A stretch of DNA of 60,391 nucleotides from Candidatus Krumholzibacteriia bacterium (GCA_036478295.1 JAZGDW010000093.1:1-60391); one strand, 5' to 3'; positions 48,001 to 57,984 are shown, counted from the stretch's first letter. Made by a program: numbers and translations. Notes: generated by a model not told the origin, from the letters alone.

Positions 48001-48384
48001 ATGGATAACCTTTTAGGAAATAAGAATATAGATACTTCCCCGGATACGTGTGAGGTACAGTTCGTGGACGAGGAGAGGGTGGCCGCCGTACGCAGCGCGA
48101 TGAAGCCGGAAGCGGTTTTCATCTCGGTGGCCGAGATTTTCAAGGCGCTGTCCGACCCGACGCGGGTCCGCATCCTCTACGCCCTCTCGGTCAAGGAATT
48201 GTGCGTCTGCGATCTAGCGAACCTGCTCGGCAAGTCCAGTTCGTCCGTTTCACACCAATTGCGTCTTCTCCGCCACATGAAGCTCGTCAAATACCGGCGG
48301 GCGGGCAAGGTCGCGTACTACTCGCTCGACGACGAGCACATCCACAATCTGTTCCGGGAAGGATTAAAACACGCAGAGGAATAA
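48001..48384 (+). CDS. ArsR/SmtB-family metal-responsive transcriptional repressor
   Basis: w[34 protein letters not shown], with a CVC alpha3-type site. C-terminal [17 protein letters not shown] fits the alpha5 DxH-X10-H-X2-E site. N-terminal Cys in [11 protein letters not shown]. Confidence 0.9.
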   Translation: MDNLLGNKNIDTSPDTCEVQFVDEERVAAVRSAMKPEAVFISVAEIFKALSDPTRVRILYALSVKELCVCDLANLLGKSSSSVSHQLRLLRHMKLVKYRRAGKVAYYSLDDEHIHNLFREGLKHAEE

Positions 48385-48443
48385 TTTTCCGTAACAAACG
48401 GCGCGCGGTGCTACCGCCGCCGGCACGCCACAGGACGATTCTC

Positions 48444-50549
48444 ATGACGGACCGTTCCGCATCGATACAGCTTGAAGTCGAGGGTCTGTGCTGCAACGAC
48501 GAGAAGATTCTCATTGAGAAAAAGGTCGGGGCGCTCAGCGGGGTACGCGCCTGCGACGCCAACGTCGTCAGCCAGATGCTGCGCGTCGACTACAACCCCG
48601 CGCGCCTCTCCCCGCAGGACATCATCAAGTCGGTCGCGGAAACGGGGATGAAGGCGCTGGCCGCAGACCGCGCGACCCGGCGCTTCTCGTGGTGGCGGGA
48701 ACGCCGCGTTCTCATGCTCGCGTTCTCCGGTCTTGCCACCGTCGCCGGCCTCGTCTGTGCCCAAACCGGGATGAGCGTGTGGATCGCACGCACGCTCTAC
48801 GCCCTCGCCATCGCGGTGGGCGGCTTCTATCCGGCGAAGTCCGGCCTTTCGGCCGCCCGGTCCTTTTCGATGAATATCAATGCGCTTCTCATACTCGGTG
48901 TCGTTGGTGCCGTGGGCCTGGATCTGTGGGCGGAGGGCGCGGTTCTGGTGTTCGTCTACTCTCTGGGCAACGTTCTCGAGACGTTTGTGGTGCGAAAGGC
49001 GCGGGGCGCAATCAAGTCGTTCGTCGATCTGACACCGAAGGAAGCGCTGGTCATTCGCGACGGGGGCGAGTCACTCGTGGCGACGACCGACCTGCGTTTG
49101 GGCGACACGGTGCGCGTGCGTCCGGGCGAGAAGATTCCCGTCGACGGAACCGTGATCGAGGGCGAGTCCTACGTCGACGAATCGGCGGTCACCGGTGAGT
49201 CACTGCCCGCACGCAAGGCTGCCGGCCGGCGCGTGTTCGCGGGCACCATGAACCAGCAGGGCTCGCTCGGCGTGCGGGTCGACAAGGCAGCGGAGGACAC
49301 TACCCTGGCCAGGATCATACACTCCGTCGAAGAAGCCCAGTCCAGGAAATCCCATTACCAGCTGTTCGGTGAAAAATTCTCGCGTGTCTACACGCCGACA
49401 ATGTTTTTTCTCGGGATCCTGGTGGCGGTCGTGCCGCCCCTGCTCTTTGGAGCGGACTGGCAGGACTGGATCTACCGCGCGCTGGTGGTCTTCGTGGTGT
49501 CGTGCTCATGCGGCATCGCGCTGTCGGTGCCCGTTGCCATCGTCGCCGCGGTCGGCAACGCCGCACGCCACGGTATCCTGATGAAGGGCGGACTCTATCT
49601 CGAAAAGACCGCGCAGATAAAAGTGGTCGCGTTCGACAAGACCGGCACGCTCACCATCGGCAGGCCGATGCTGCAGAGAATCGTCGCCGACGGCGAAACG
49701 TCCGCGGAAGAAGTTCTGTCGCTGGCTGCATCGATAGAATCGATGTCCGAGCATCCGCTGGGAGAAGCCATCGTGCGCAAGGCCAGGGAAGCGGGTGTGT
49801 ATCGCAAGCGGGACATGAGTGGTTTCGAGGCCATCCCCGGACGCGGAGTACGCGCACGCGTCGACCGCTGCGAATACTTCCTCGGCAACCGGAAGCTCCT
49901 CGAGGAAAACGGGGTTGATCTGGGGAGCCTGGCCGCAACGGTCGATGAATTCGAAGCCGACGCGCACACAACGGTGGTCATCGGCACCCGAGACCGGGCG
50001 CTCGGCGTCTTCGCCATTTCGGATTCGCTCAAACAGGAATCTCGCGAATCGGTGCGGAGTCTCGAGGCGCGGGGGCTGAGGGTCGCCATGCTGACCGGCG
50101 ATGCGGCCGGCACCGCCGCCGCGGTCGCGCGCTCGGCGGGCATCGATCACTACCGCTTTGAACTCCAGCCGCAGGACAAAATCCGGGCTGTCGCCGAGAT
50201 CCAGGAGACGGTGGGCGCCGTCATGATGGTGGGCGACGGGATCAACGACGCTCCCGCCATGGCCGCCGCCGACATCGGGGTCGCCATGGGGGCGGCGGGC
50301 ACGGACGTGGCCATGGAAACCGGCGACATCGTGCTGCTCGCCGACGATCTCTCGAGTCTCCAGCGTCTTTTCCACCTCAGCGCACGGACGGTGACCACCA
50401 TTCGCCAGAACATCTTCTTTTCACTGCTCGTCATCGCCGTCCTGGTGCCCACGGCGCTCCTCGGTCGTGTGGATCTACTGTCAGGCCTGTTGATCAACGA
50501 GGGCGGCGCGCTGCTGGTGATCCTGAACGGCTTGAGACTCCTGAAGTGA
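48444..50549 (+). CDS. heavy-metal P1B-type ATPase with atypical metal-binding motifs
   Basis: ATG at 48444. HMA-like N-terminus with GLCCNDE instead of GMxCxx[20 protein letters not shown]. The TM motif reads [13 protein letters not shown] (CSC where CPC/SPC is expected). The last TM helix has [19 protein letters not shown]. Confidence 0.92.
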   Translation: MTDRSASIQLEVEGLCCNDEKILIEKKVGALSGVRACDANVVSQMLRVDYNPARLSPQDIIKSVAETGMKALAADRATRRFSWWRERRVLMLAFSGLATVAGLVCAQTGMSVWIARTLYALAIAVGGFYPAKSGLSAARSFSMNINALLILGVVGAVGLDLWAEGAVLVFVYSLGNVLETFVVRKARGAIKSFVDLTPKEALVIRDGGESLVATTDLRLGDTVRVRPGEKIPVDGTVIEGESYVDESAVTGESLPARKAAGRRVFAGTMNQQGSLGVRVDKAAEDTTLARIIHSVEEAQSRKSHYQLFGEKFSRVYTPTMFFLGILVAVVPPLLFGADWQDWIYRALVVFVVSCSCGIALSVPVAIVAAVGNAARHGILMKGGLYLEKTAQIKVVAFDKTGTLTIGRPMLQRIVADGETSAEEVLSLAASIESMSEHPLGEAIVRKAREAGVYRKRDMSGFEAIPGRGVRARVDRCEYFLGNRKLLEENGVDLGSLAATVDEFEADAHTTVVIGTRDRALGVFAISDSLKQESRESVRSLEARGLRVAMLTGDAAGTAAAVARSAGIDHYRFELQPQDKIRAVAEIQETVGAVMMVGDGINDAPAMAAADIGVAMGAAGTDVAMETGDIVLLADDLSSLQRLFHLSARTVTTIRQNIFFSLLVIAVLVPTALLGRVDLLSGLLINEGGALLVILNGLRLLK

Positions 50550-50603
50550 CACAGTGTCCCGGTGCGTGCCCGCGGTCAACGCCAGCGCATACACCCGCCA
50601 CCT

Positions 50604-51587
50604 CTAACGTGGCGTTCTCTTTATCGCGAGAATGGAATCGGCCAGCGCGCCCGCGATAATGCGGTGGGCGTCCGCGCCCCAAACGTGACCTTCCTCGGAG
50701 CTGAAGTCCCCCATACCCTCGAACCACGGCACGACCTCGATATAGTTGAGGCTTCCCTGCCGGTCGAGCTCCAGCACCGTGTCCCTGATATGGGGATGAC
50801 GCTCCAGCTGTTTGTTAACGGCAATCATTACCAGCAACACGCCGTCGCGTTTCAACTCGGCGGCAAATTTTTCGAGAAGCCGGCTGTAAAACTCCTCCTG
50901 CTTGGGTATCCCCGTTCCGGTAGAGGCGGTGCGGTATTCCCGTTCTTTCTTCTTCACACCCGCGCTCTTCAACAGGATATAGACGGGGCCGCGGAAGAAG
51001 TTGTAAAGCTGGGACCTCTGCACGATGGAGCGGGACAGATATTTCTTAACCCAGTTGATGCCGCTGCTGCTGTCGATGAACTTCAGACTGTCCGCTTCAA
51101 GGAGGGCTACCATGTTGTTGAAATTGTCCTCGGGATCGTTCGAGCAGTACTGCAGGACGACGATCTCGGGGTGGAACAGGCTGCCGAAATCGAAATACCG
51201 CCGCACCTCTTGCGTGAGGCCCCATCCTGGGTTGCCCAGGTTGACAACGTTGTACCGGCCACCCAACTCGGCGGCGAGCCGGCGCGGGTATTCCTCGCCG
51301 TCGTTGACGCCCATGCCGAAGGTGTAGGAGTCGCCGAGGGTTACGATGTTCGGTTTGTCGTAGTGCCTCGACAGCTCAACGGGTTCCCCTCGGTAGCCGT
51401 ACTGGTTCACCGTGTAATGAAACTTGTACTTGCCTGGGACCGAGTGCACCATGGTTGCACCCTCGAAAAGAAGCAACCCGTACTCTGCCGAGTACTTGTA
51501 TCGTGGGGACAGGGATTCCACTGGGCTGAAGAGTCGGAGGATTACTTCGCCCGCGGCAAGGATCGCGGTGGCGGTAAGCAGCAGCAT
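50604..51587 (-). CDS. SGNH/GDSL-family hydrolase with N-terminal membrane anchor
   Basis: NIVTLGDSYTFGMGV (GDS block I) and VVNLGNPGWG (block II-like). 327 aa. Confidence 0.7.
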   Translation of the reverse strand: MLLLTATAILAAGEVILRLFSPVESLSPRYKYSAEYGLLLFEGATMVHSVPGKYKFHYTVNQYGYRGEPVELSRHYDKPNIVTLGDSYTFGMGVNDGEEYPRRLAAELGGRYNVVNLGNPGWGLTQEVRRYFDFGSLFHPEIVVLQYCSNDPEDNFNNMVALLEADSLKFIDSSSGINWVKKYLSRSIVQRSQLYNFFRGPVYILLKSAGVKKKEREYRTASTGTGIPKQEEFYSRLLEKFAAELKRDGVLLVMIAVNKQLERHPHIRDTVLELDRQGSLNYIEVVPWFEGMGDFSSEEGHVWGADAHRIIAGALADSILAIKRTPR

Positions 51588-51700
51588 AGAAACATATAAC
51601 AGGAACTTCTTTATGGGACGCCTCCTTGCACTGAAATCCGATGAGGGAAGATTATACCGTCCAGCCGCGGAAGAGTCTACTTGCGACTCGAGGCGGCGCC

Positions 51701-51729
51701 TTGACTTGCCCTGCCGTCCGCATTATAAT
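51701..51729 (+). promoter_or_regulatory. sigma70-type promoter upstream of the M28 peptidase gene
   Basis: TTGACT (51701-51706), 17-nt spacer, TATAAT (51724-51729), ~60 nt upstream of the ATG at 51789. Confidence 0.5.
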
Positions 51730-51788
51730 CGCGCGCGTCATTTCTCACCGCGTTTCCGTTTCGCCATAATAGAAAAAAGGATGAGACC

Positions 51789-53498
51789 ATGAGATTCCAC
51801 CAGAGTCAGATCCTCTTCGTGATATTCCTGACCACGATCTCAGCTTCGTGTAGTTCGGACGATTCGTCGAGCGGCCCACAGGCGAAGGACAGCTCCGATG
51901 CGCGGATCGCCCGTATGTCCGCGGGAATCTCCGTCGACCGGCTCCGAACGCACATCGAGTACCTCGCCTCCGATGAGCTGGGTGGCCGCAGTCCCGGCTC
52001 GGAGGGAGAAGAACTTACGCTGGATTATCTCGCCGATCAATATCGAAGGATGGGACTGTCTCCCGGAAATCCCGACGGCTCCTATCTCCAGGAGGTTCCC
52101 CTCATCGGTACTACCGTGGTCAACAGGCCCGCGCTGGACCTGGCCACGAAGGACGGCTCGTTCGAGTTGCGTTACATGGATGAATTCATGGGCTGGACCC
52201 TGCGCAAGCGGGAGCGGGTGTCGGTAGAAAAAGCCGAACTGGTCTTTGTGGGCTATGGAATTGTCGCGCCTGAGTATGACTGGGACGACTACAAGGACGT
52301 CGACGTGGCGGGCAAAGTCATCGTCATGCTCGTGGGAGACCCGCCGTTGCCCGACACCACCCTGTTCGGGGGTCGCGCCATGACCTATTACGGTCGCTGG
52401 ACGTACAAGTTCGAGATCGCCGCGGAAAAGGGCGCGGCCGGCGCCATCGTGGTGCACCAGGACAAGGCGGCGGGGTACCCGTGGGAGGTGGTCTCCAATT
52501 CGTGGTCGGGTGAGCAGTTCGACATCGAACGACCCGGCGGTGCGGCAAATCGCTGCGCTCTGGAAAGCTGGATGACCGAACCGTCCGCGCGCCGTGTATT
52601 CCAGGCCGCACGACTCGACCTGGCTGACATGTACGTGCAGGCGTTGTCGAAAGACTTCCGCCCGGTGCCTCTGGGGATAACGGCCAGCTGCACACTGGAG
52701 AACAGGTTTCGCAACATTCGATCGCACAACCTGGTGGCCCTGCTGGAGGGCAGCGACAAGGACCTCAAGAGCGAGTACATCATTTATACGGCGCATTGGG
52801 ATCACCTCGGCAAGGGCAACCCAGCGGACGGGGACTCTATTTACAACGGGGCGCTCGACAACGCCACCGGCGTCGCCGCCACGCTCGAGCTTGCAAGGGC
52901 GTTCGCGGCCAACGCGGAGATCGCGGGCCGATCGATCCTGTTCATAAACACAACGGGCGAGGAGAGCGGCCTCCTCGGATCCAAACACTACGCGGAAAAC
53001 CCGCTTTACCCGCTGTCGAGCACGATCGCAATGATTAACATCGACGGACTCAACGTATGGGGTCGGACGAAAGATGTCGTCGTTGTCGGGTTCGGTTATT
53101 CGGAACTCGACCGTTACCTGGAACAGGCCATAGAGGTCGACAACCGGTATCTCAAACCGGACTCGGAGCCGGAGAAAGGCTATTACTACCGCTCGGACCA
53201 TTTTCCCTTCGCGAAGAAAGGTGTACCGGCCCTCTACGCCGACAGCGGTATCGAGTTCGTCGCCAGGCCGGAGCGTTGGGGCACCCAAATGAGGGAAGAA
53301 TACACGCAGACGCGATACCACAAGCCCCAGGACGAGTTCGATCCATCGTGGGATCTCAGCGGCGCCGTAGAGGATCTCGAGGCCTATTTCCGTGTGGGTT
53401 TGATGATCGCTGCCGGGGCGGATTACCCGCAGTGGAGCGCAAAGAGCGAGTTCAGACAAATCCGGGAGAAGTCACTCGGCGCGAGCGCTCGGCAATAA
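51789..53498 (+). CDS. secreted M28-family aminopeptidase with PA (protease-associated) insert
   Basis: Lipoprotein-like signal IFLTTISASCSS. TAHWDHLG, GALDNATGVAATLELARAF, TGEESGLLGSKHY, MINIDG, YHKPQDE are M28 zinc-ligand blocks. Confidence 0.85.
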   Translation: MRFHQSQILFVIFLTTISASCSSDDSSSGPQAKDSSDARIARMSAGISVDRLRTHIEYLASDELGGRSPGSEGEELTLDYLADQYRRMGLSPGNPDGSYLQEVPLIGTTVVNRPALDLATKDGSFELRYMDEFMGWTLRKRERVSVEKAELVFVGYGIVAPEYDWDDYKDVDVAGKVIVMLVGDPPLPDTTLFGGRAMTYYGRWTYKFEIAAEKGAAGAIVVHQDKAAGYPWEVVSNSWSGEQFDIERPGGAANRCALESWMTEPSARRVFQAARLDLADMYVQALSKDFRPVPLGITASCTLENRFRNIRSHNLVALLEGSDKDLKSEYIIYTAHWDHLGKGNPADGDSIYNGALDNATGVAATLELARAFAANAEIAGRSILFINTTGEESGLLGSKHYAENPLYPLSSTIAMINIDGLNVWGRTKDVVVVGFGYSELDRYLEQAIEVDNRYLKPDSEPEKGYYYRSDHFPFAKKGVPALYADSGIEFVARPERWGTQMREEYTQTRYHKPQDEFDPSWDLSGAVEDLEAYFRVGLMIAAGADYPQWSAKSEFRQIREKSLGASARQ

Positions 53499-53500
53499 CA

Positions 53501-54016
53501 CTAACGATAGAGAGCCTTGATCTTGCCCCAGGTGGAAGGCTCGGTGGGCGAGATTGACAGATGGAGGTTGCCGCGGATTTCTCCCTCGGGAAATTTCGAC
53601 GTGTGAATGTTGATATACAGCCGGCCCGCGAATAGCTCGGCGACCATGTCCGGTGTCACGAACATCAAGACGCCGGTCTTCGGACTTCCCGTCGGTAGAA
53701 AAAAAACCGTCGTTCCAACTTCCCCGGGGGCCGCGTTGTGAATGTGGGCCGCCACCTCCGGCGACAGCAATCCCGAAAACTCGACCGTGTACGAAATATT
53801 GATGCCCGCGTCGTCAAGAATGAACGAAGCACTGCCGGTCGCGGGAGAAATCGTGGGAGGAAACACAGACGCCCCGTCGAGCGTGGCCACGAATTCCGTA
53901 GCCGCACGCGGCGTTCCGGGGACAAGCGCGCCCAGCCAGGCGGCCGACCACAGGGCCACAGCCGTTCCTGCCGCCCGTCGATTCCAGATGCGAACCCGTC
54001 GAGACACTCCCATCAC
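53501..54016 (-). CDS. secreted CHRD-domain protein with C-terminal TWGKIKALYR tail
   Basis: Signal RRAAGTAVALWSAAWLGALVPGTPRAA. CHRD motifs GSASFILDD...VAAHIHNAAPGEVG...LYINIHTSKFPEGEIRGNL. Confidence 0.8.
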   Translation of the reverse strand: MMGVSRRVRIWNRRAAGTAVALWSAAWLGALVPGTPRAATEFVATLDGASVFPPTISPATGSASFILDDAGINISYTVEFSGLLSPEVAAHIHNAAPGEVGTTVFFLPTGSPKTGVLMFVTPDMVAELFAGRLYINIHTSKFPEGEIRGNLHLSISPTEPSTWGKIKALYR

Positions 54017-54109
54017 CTACTGCTAACTACTTGCTCCAGGTACGGTCAGCCCTGTTCGAGGTGGCTGCCCTGCGCCGAATCGACGCAAAACCTGACATTT
54101 GTCAATTAT

Positions 54110-54488
54110 TCAAGATATTAACGCCGGCCACTGCCGATAAGCAAGTGGATTTTCGAATCGTTCGTGGGTACTCGCCGGCGATGCCCTCACCCTGGTCAGA
54201 CCGACATCCAGTAGAGGAACGTAATCTCCCGCGCGTCGGGAAACGAGATCGAGTAAATCCTCGCGAGCGACAGGTTCGGAGCTGTGCCCTCCAGCGTGGC
54301 CATGCCGCCGATGGAGGCGGCGAGAAGCAGGCGATTCGGCCACCGATGCTCAGGATGACCTTGAGCGCGATGCGCCGGTGGAGATTCCATCGTTCCATGG
54401 CGAGCGCGATGATGAACCCGCCAATGAAGAGGAAGAGGATGTTGTTCAGGTAGAACGGTGTGACCTCCCTGGGCGGGATTCTCATCAA
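54110..54488 (-). pseudogene. decayed fragment of an SLC13/DASS-family anion:sodium symporter gene
   Basis: One frame gives NILFLFIGGFIIALAMERWNLHRRIALKVILSIGG, matching the conserved SLC13 LFLGG....A.E.WNLH.RIAL block. A second frame continues PNRLLLAASIGGMATLEGTAPNLSL...ITFLYWM, matching the SIGG.ATL.GTAPNL block. N-terminus missing, at least one frameshift, an apparent internal deletion, and premature stops. Confidence 0.55.
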
Positions 54489-54491
54489 CGG

Positions 54492-55118
54492 TCACTCGCC
54501 CCCGAACGGCACCCCGTCCATACTCGCCCAAAGGTACCACGTCGCCACGGTGCGATAGGGCCGCCAGCGCCCGGTGATCGCCGCCAGCGCCCTTGCACCC
54601 AGCGGTTTGCGCCGCACGTAGTGGCGCTCGATGGCCTTGCGCAATCCAAGGTCACCGGCGGGAAAGACGTCGAGGCGGTTCAAGCCAAAGATAAGGAACA
54701 TCTCGGCGCTCCACCTGCCGATACCGCGCACTTGCGTGAGCTCATCGATGATTTCCTCGTCATCGAACTCCTTGATTCTCCGCCGGGGAAACTGGTTGGC
54801 GTCGAAATAGCGCGCCAGCTCCCGCACGTATTCGACCTTCCTTCGCGAAAGGCCCGCCTTTAGGAGGTCCGCACTCGACGTGCGCAGGAAGTCCGCCGGC
54901 GTGGGGTGGCGCGTGCCGAGCGTCCTTAGCAGGCGTTCGTGAATAGCGCATGCCGCCTGCCAGCTGAGCTGCTGCCAGACGATCGATTCGAACAGCGCGA
55001 CAAAATAACTTCGTGTTCGCTTCAGTTTACAGGGACCCACGCGGGCGATCAGCTGCTCCAACACCGGATCGCACTGGACGAGATGGGCTCGCGCCCGTTC
55101 AAAATCGTGTGGATTCAA
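54492..55118 (-). CDS. HhH-GPD superfamily DNA glycosylase (3-methyladenine glycosylase II / AlkA-like)
   Basis: LTQVRGIGRWSAEMFLIFGLNRLDVFPAGDLGLRKA (helix-hairpin-helix plus catalytic Asp). 208 aa. Confidence 0.8.
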   Translation of the reverse strand: MNPHDFERARAHLVQCDPVLEQLIARVGPCKLKRTRSYFVALFESIVWQQLSWQAACAIHERLLRTLGTRHPTPADFLRTSSADLLKAGLSRRKVEYVRELARYFDANQFPRRRIKEFDDEEIIDELTQVRGIGRWSAEMFLIFGLNRLDVFPAGDLGLRKAIERHYVRRKPLGARALAAITGRWRPYRTVATWYLWASMDGVPFGGE

Positions 55119-55247
55119 GTTAGCACCCTCTGCGTGACTCTGGAACGTTGCATGCGCCAGCTTACAACAACGTATTCCCCTCCGCCACGGTTGTTTACTC
55201 CGGCGGTATCACATGGATGCTCGGGAAAGGTGGGATTGCGGCGCCTG

Positions 55248-55931
55248 TCAGTTGCCCTGGTAGAGCGCTTTGATGGAGCCCCAGGTTTTCTCTTCGACGG
55301 GAATCGTGAAGTCTTCGATGATGGTTGTGTAGCACTCGTCGCCGTCAAAAATGCGGTTGCCGTTGCGATCCTGGTAGACGATGATGTCGACTCTCAAAAC
55401 ACCGCTATAGCGAATATTGATCGTTACCGTATCGGAGTAGTATCCCGTCCCCGTCGGGGTCGACACTACGATTCTCGGTACGGCATACCGAAGATCACGC
55501 ACCGGCACATCGTCGACCAAAATCGTCACGCTGGCGCCCACGGGCTGGGGCGAGAACTGGACGATAACGTCGCTCAGCTGGCGGGGGGTTTCGGCGAAGC
55601 CGTCGATTACCAGCGGCAGCTCCAGTCCAAAAAACAGAAACTCGTTGCGTCCGGACAGGGAGGGCGCGAACGCATCGAGCCCCGGGGCCTGATAGACTTC
55701 GAAGGCAATGCGCTCGTTGAGCTTGTCCCACAACATGAGGCCGCCTACCGAATAGGCGGGGTCGAACAGGGGGTCACCGGCGCTCTTGGCCTCGTAGCGC
55801 GCCGTGTCGTAGAGAAAGCTCACCGGCCCCGCGGGGTAGGCGAGAATACACGGCTCCGCCATGGCCTTTCCCGCGTACACGGAAAGAGCGAGGAGAAGTA
55901 GAATTCGAGCCAGGGAATTCCCCGTGCCCAC
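55248..55931 (-). CDS. secreted protein of unknown function with C-terminal TWGSIKALYQGN tail
   Basis: Signal peptide ARILLLLALSVYAGKAMA. No recognisable catalytic motif. The tail resembles that of the CHRD protein. Confidence 0.6.
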   Translation of the reverse strand: MGTGNSLARILLLLALSVYAGKAMAEPCILAYPAGPVSFLYDTARYEAKSAGDPLFDPAYSVGGLMLWDKLNERIAFEVYQAPGLDAFAPSLSGRNEFLFFGLELPLVIDGFAETPRQLSDVIVQFSPQPVGASVTILVDDVPVRDLRYAVPRIVVSTPTGTGYYSDTVTINIRYSGVLRVDIIVYQDRNGNRIFDGDECYTTIIEDFTIPVEEKTWGSIKALYQGN

Positions 55932-56303
55932 TGATCCACCTCCGCCACACGCTATGTGGGTTCAGATGGGCTTCAAATCCCATGCTGTTCGCGCTGAGAG
56001 CACGAACCCCTGTCTTCAGGGAGCTGCCGTTGTTGCAAGTAGAGAGTCAGCCACCCTTGCCCTTAGATTTAGGCGAATAATTATACCATACAAGACGCGC
56101 CAGAGAAAGCACGATGTTGGCCTGGGCAAGCCGCCGAGCCCCCCTCGCGTATGACGCGGGGCGGGTGCACTCCGCACTGCACCCGGCAAACCACTGGGGG
56201 CTTTTGCCTTTACAAAGCAGTCCCTATGTTTAATAGTTCAACGTAACTACGCTGTTTTCGGGCACCACCCCGGCGGCGGAAAGCCGAGAGACGAGCGAGG
56301 CCG

Positions 56304-57968
56304 GTGAAGTTTCCGACAGGCATATTCATGAGGGTCGCCGCGTGGGCGGCCTTGGCCGTTTTCCCGCTGCTACCCGCGTGTGGCGGCGGTGACCAGTCGG
56401 CCACGTCCGATACGCCGGGGACACCCGAGGAAATCGCGACCTCCGGCGGTACGGTGATCCGCCATCTCCAGTCCGATTGCAAGACGCTCAACTGGGTCTT
56501 GTACACCACCGTGTACGAGGACTACGTCTTGCGCTGCCTTTACGACAACCTCCTCGATTACGACGAGAACCTGCAGATACAGCCGGTACTCGCGCGGAGT
56601 TACAAAGTCAGCGACGACCATCTCCGAATCACCGTCGAGCTGAGGGACAGCCTCTTCTGGCACGACGGGCAACCGATCACGTCCGCCGATGTCAAGTTCA
56701 CGGTGGATAGGATCCGCGACCCCGCTATTCCCGCGGTTAACAAGGAAGGGTGGTTCACCAAACTCGACAAGGTCGAGGTGGTCGACGACAAGACGGTGGT
56801 TTTTGTGTGGTCGGAGCCGTACGCACCTTCACTTCATGCCCTCACCCAGCTCTCCCCCATCCCCAAACACGTCTACGGCAAGGGAGATTTCCTGACCAAT
56901 CCCGCCAACCGGGCGCCGGTGGGCAGTGGAGCCTTCAAATTCGAGGAATGGCGAACCTCGCAGACGATTAGCCTGGTCCGCAACGACAACTATTACCGTC
57001 GCAACGCCTACCTGGACCGCATTGTGTTCCGCGTGATCCCGGACCGAGCGGTGGCTTTGAGCGCTCTCAGAACCGGCCAGCTCGATGAGATGCGCCTGCG
57101 GCAGCAGCAATGGGAACTGCAGACGAAGGACACTGAGTTCGTCAGCAAGTTCAACATGTACTACTATGACGTACCGCAATACAACTACCTGTCCTGGAAT
57201 TGCCGGGCGATCTGGTTCAAGGACAAGCGTGTGAGACGAGCCCTGACGATGCTCTTCAACCGTCAGGAGATCATCGCCACGCTGTACTCCGGGTTCTCCA
57301 AGCCCGTGAGCGGCCCCTTTTACATTGGCTCATCCGCTTACGACAAGACGATCGCGCCGCTGCCCTTCGATCCGGCGGCCGCCGAGCGCCTGCTGCAAGA
57401 AGCGGGATGGGTCGACGGCGACGGCGACGGCGTGCGTGAAAAGGAGGGCGTGAAGTTCGAGTTCGACTTGTACGTCACGTCCGGCAGCCGCATCGGGCAG
57501 TCGTTCGGCCAGCTGCTGCAGGAACAGTGCAAGAAGGCGGGAATCGTGGTTAACATCAGGCAGTTCGAAAGCACGACGTTTTTCGGCAAGGTGTTCAAGG
57601 GCGAGTACGACGCCGCGGCGCTGGCCTGGCGGCTGGACGCCGACCCGGACTTGTACGACACGTTCCACTCCGCGCAGGTTCCCCCCATCGGATTGAACCA
57701 TGCTTTTTACAACAACCCAAAAGTGGACTCGTTGCTGGAGAGCGCCCGCGTCGAGTTCGATCAGGACAGGCGCAACCGGCTCTATCACCAGGTCCATCGT
57801 TTGATACACGAGGACTCGCCCTACACGTTTATCAACTCAGTTCCTGAGAAACGTCCCATCAACAAGAGAATCGGAAACGTCGTCATCTCGCCCAGCGGCC
57901 CGTTCCTCTACTATCCGGGCGGCATCTACTGGTATGTCAAGAGCGATATGATGGAAGCCAAAAAATAG
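56304..57968 (+). CDS. ABC transporter substrate-binding lipoprotein, family 5 (peptide/nickel, OppA/DppA-like)
   Basis: Lipobox AVFPLLPACGGG. SYKVSDDHLRITVELRDSLFWHDGQPITSADVKFT is typical of SBP_bac_5. The start may be the internal ATG at 56328 (MRVAAWAAL). Confidence 0.85.
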   Translation: MKFPTGIFMRVAAWAALAVFPLLPACGGGDQSATSDTPGTPEEIATSGGTVIRHLQSDCKTLNWVLYTTVYEDYVLRCLYDNLLDYDENLQIQPVLARSYKVSDDHLRITVELRDSLFWHDGQPITSADVKFTVDRIRDPAIPAVNKEGWFTKLDKVEVVDDKTVVFVWSEPYAPSLHALTQLSPIPKHVYGKGDFLTNPANRAPVGSGAFKFEEWRTSQTISLVRNDNYYRRNAYLDRIVFRVIPDRAVALSALRTGQLDEMRLRQQQWELQTKDTEFVSKFNMYYYDVPQYNYLSWNCRAIWFKDKRVRRALTMLFNRQEIIATLYSGFSKPVSGPFYIGSSAYDKTIAPLPFDPAAAERLLQEAGWVDGDGDGVREKEGVKFEFDLYVTSGSRIGQSFGQLLQEQCKKAGIVVNIRQFESTTFFGKVFKGEYDAAALAWRLDADPDLYDTFHSAQVPPIGLNHAFYNNPKVDSLLESARVEFDQDRRNRLYHQVHRLIHEDSPYTFINSVPEKRPINKRIGNVVISPSGPFLYYPGGIYWYVKSDMMEAKK

Positions 57969-57984
57969 CCCATCGCATCCCGGT

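Noticed and set aside
51840-53459. 539-aa minus-strand ORF
   Set aside because: It is antisense to the M28 peptidase, whose zinc-ligand blocks are all present. The minus-frame product is Arg/Gly/Val-rich and featureless. The same reasoning rejects 38768-39856 (antisense to atpD), 46316-47365 (antisense to the ppx-family gene), 50562-51599, 54939-55901, 33919-34833 and 9049-10245.
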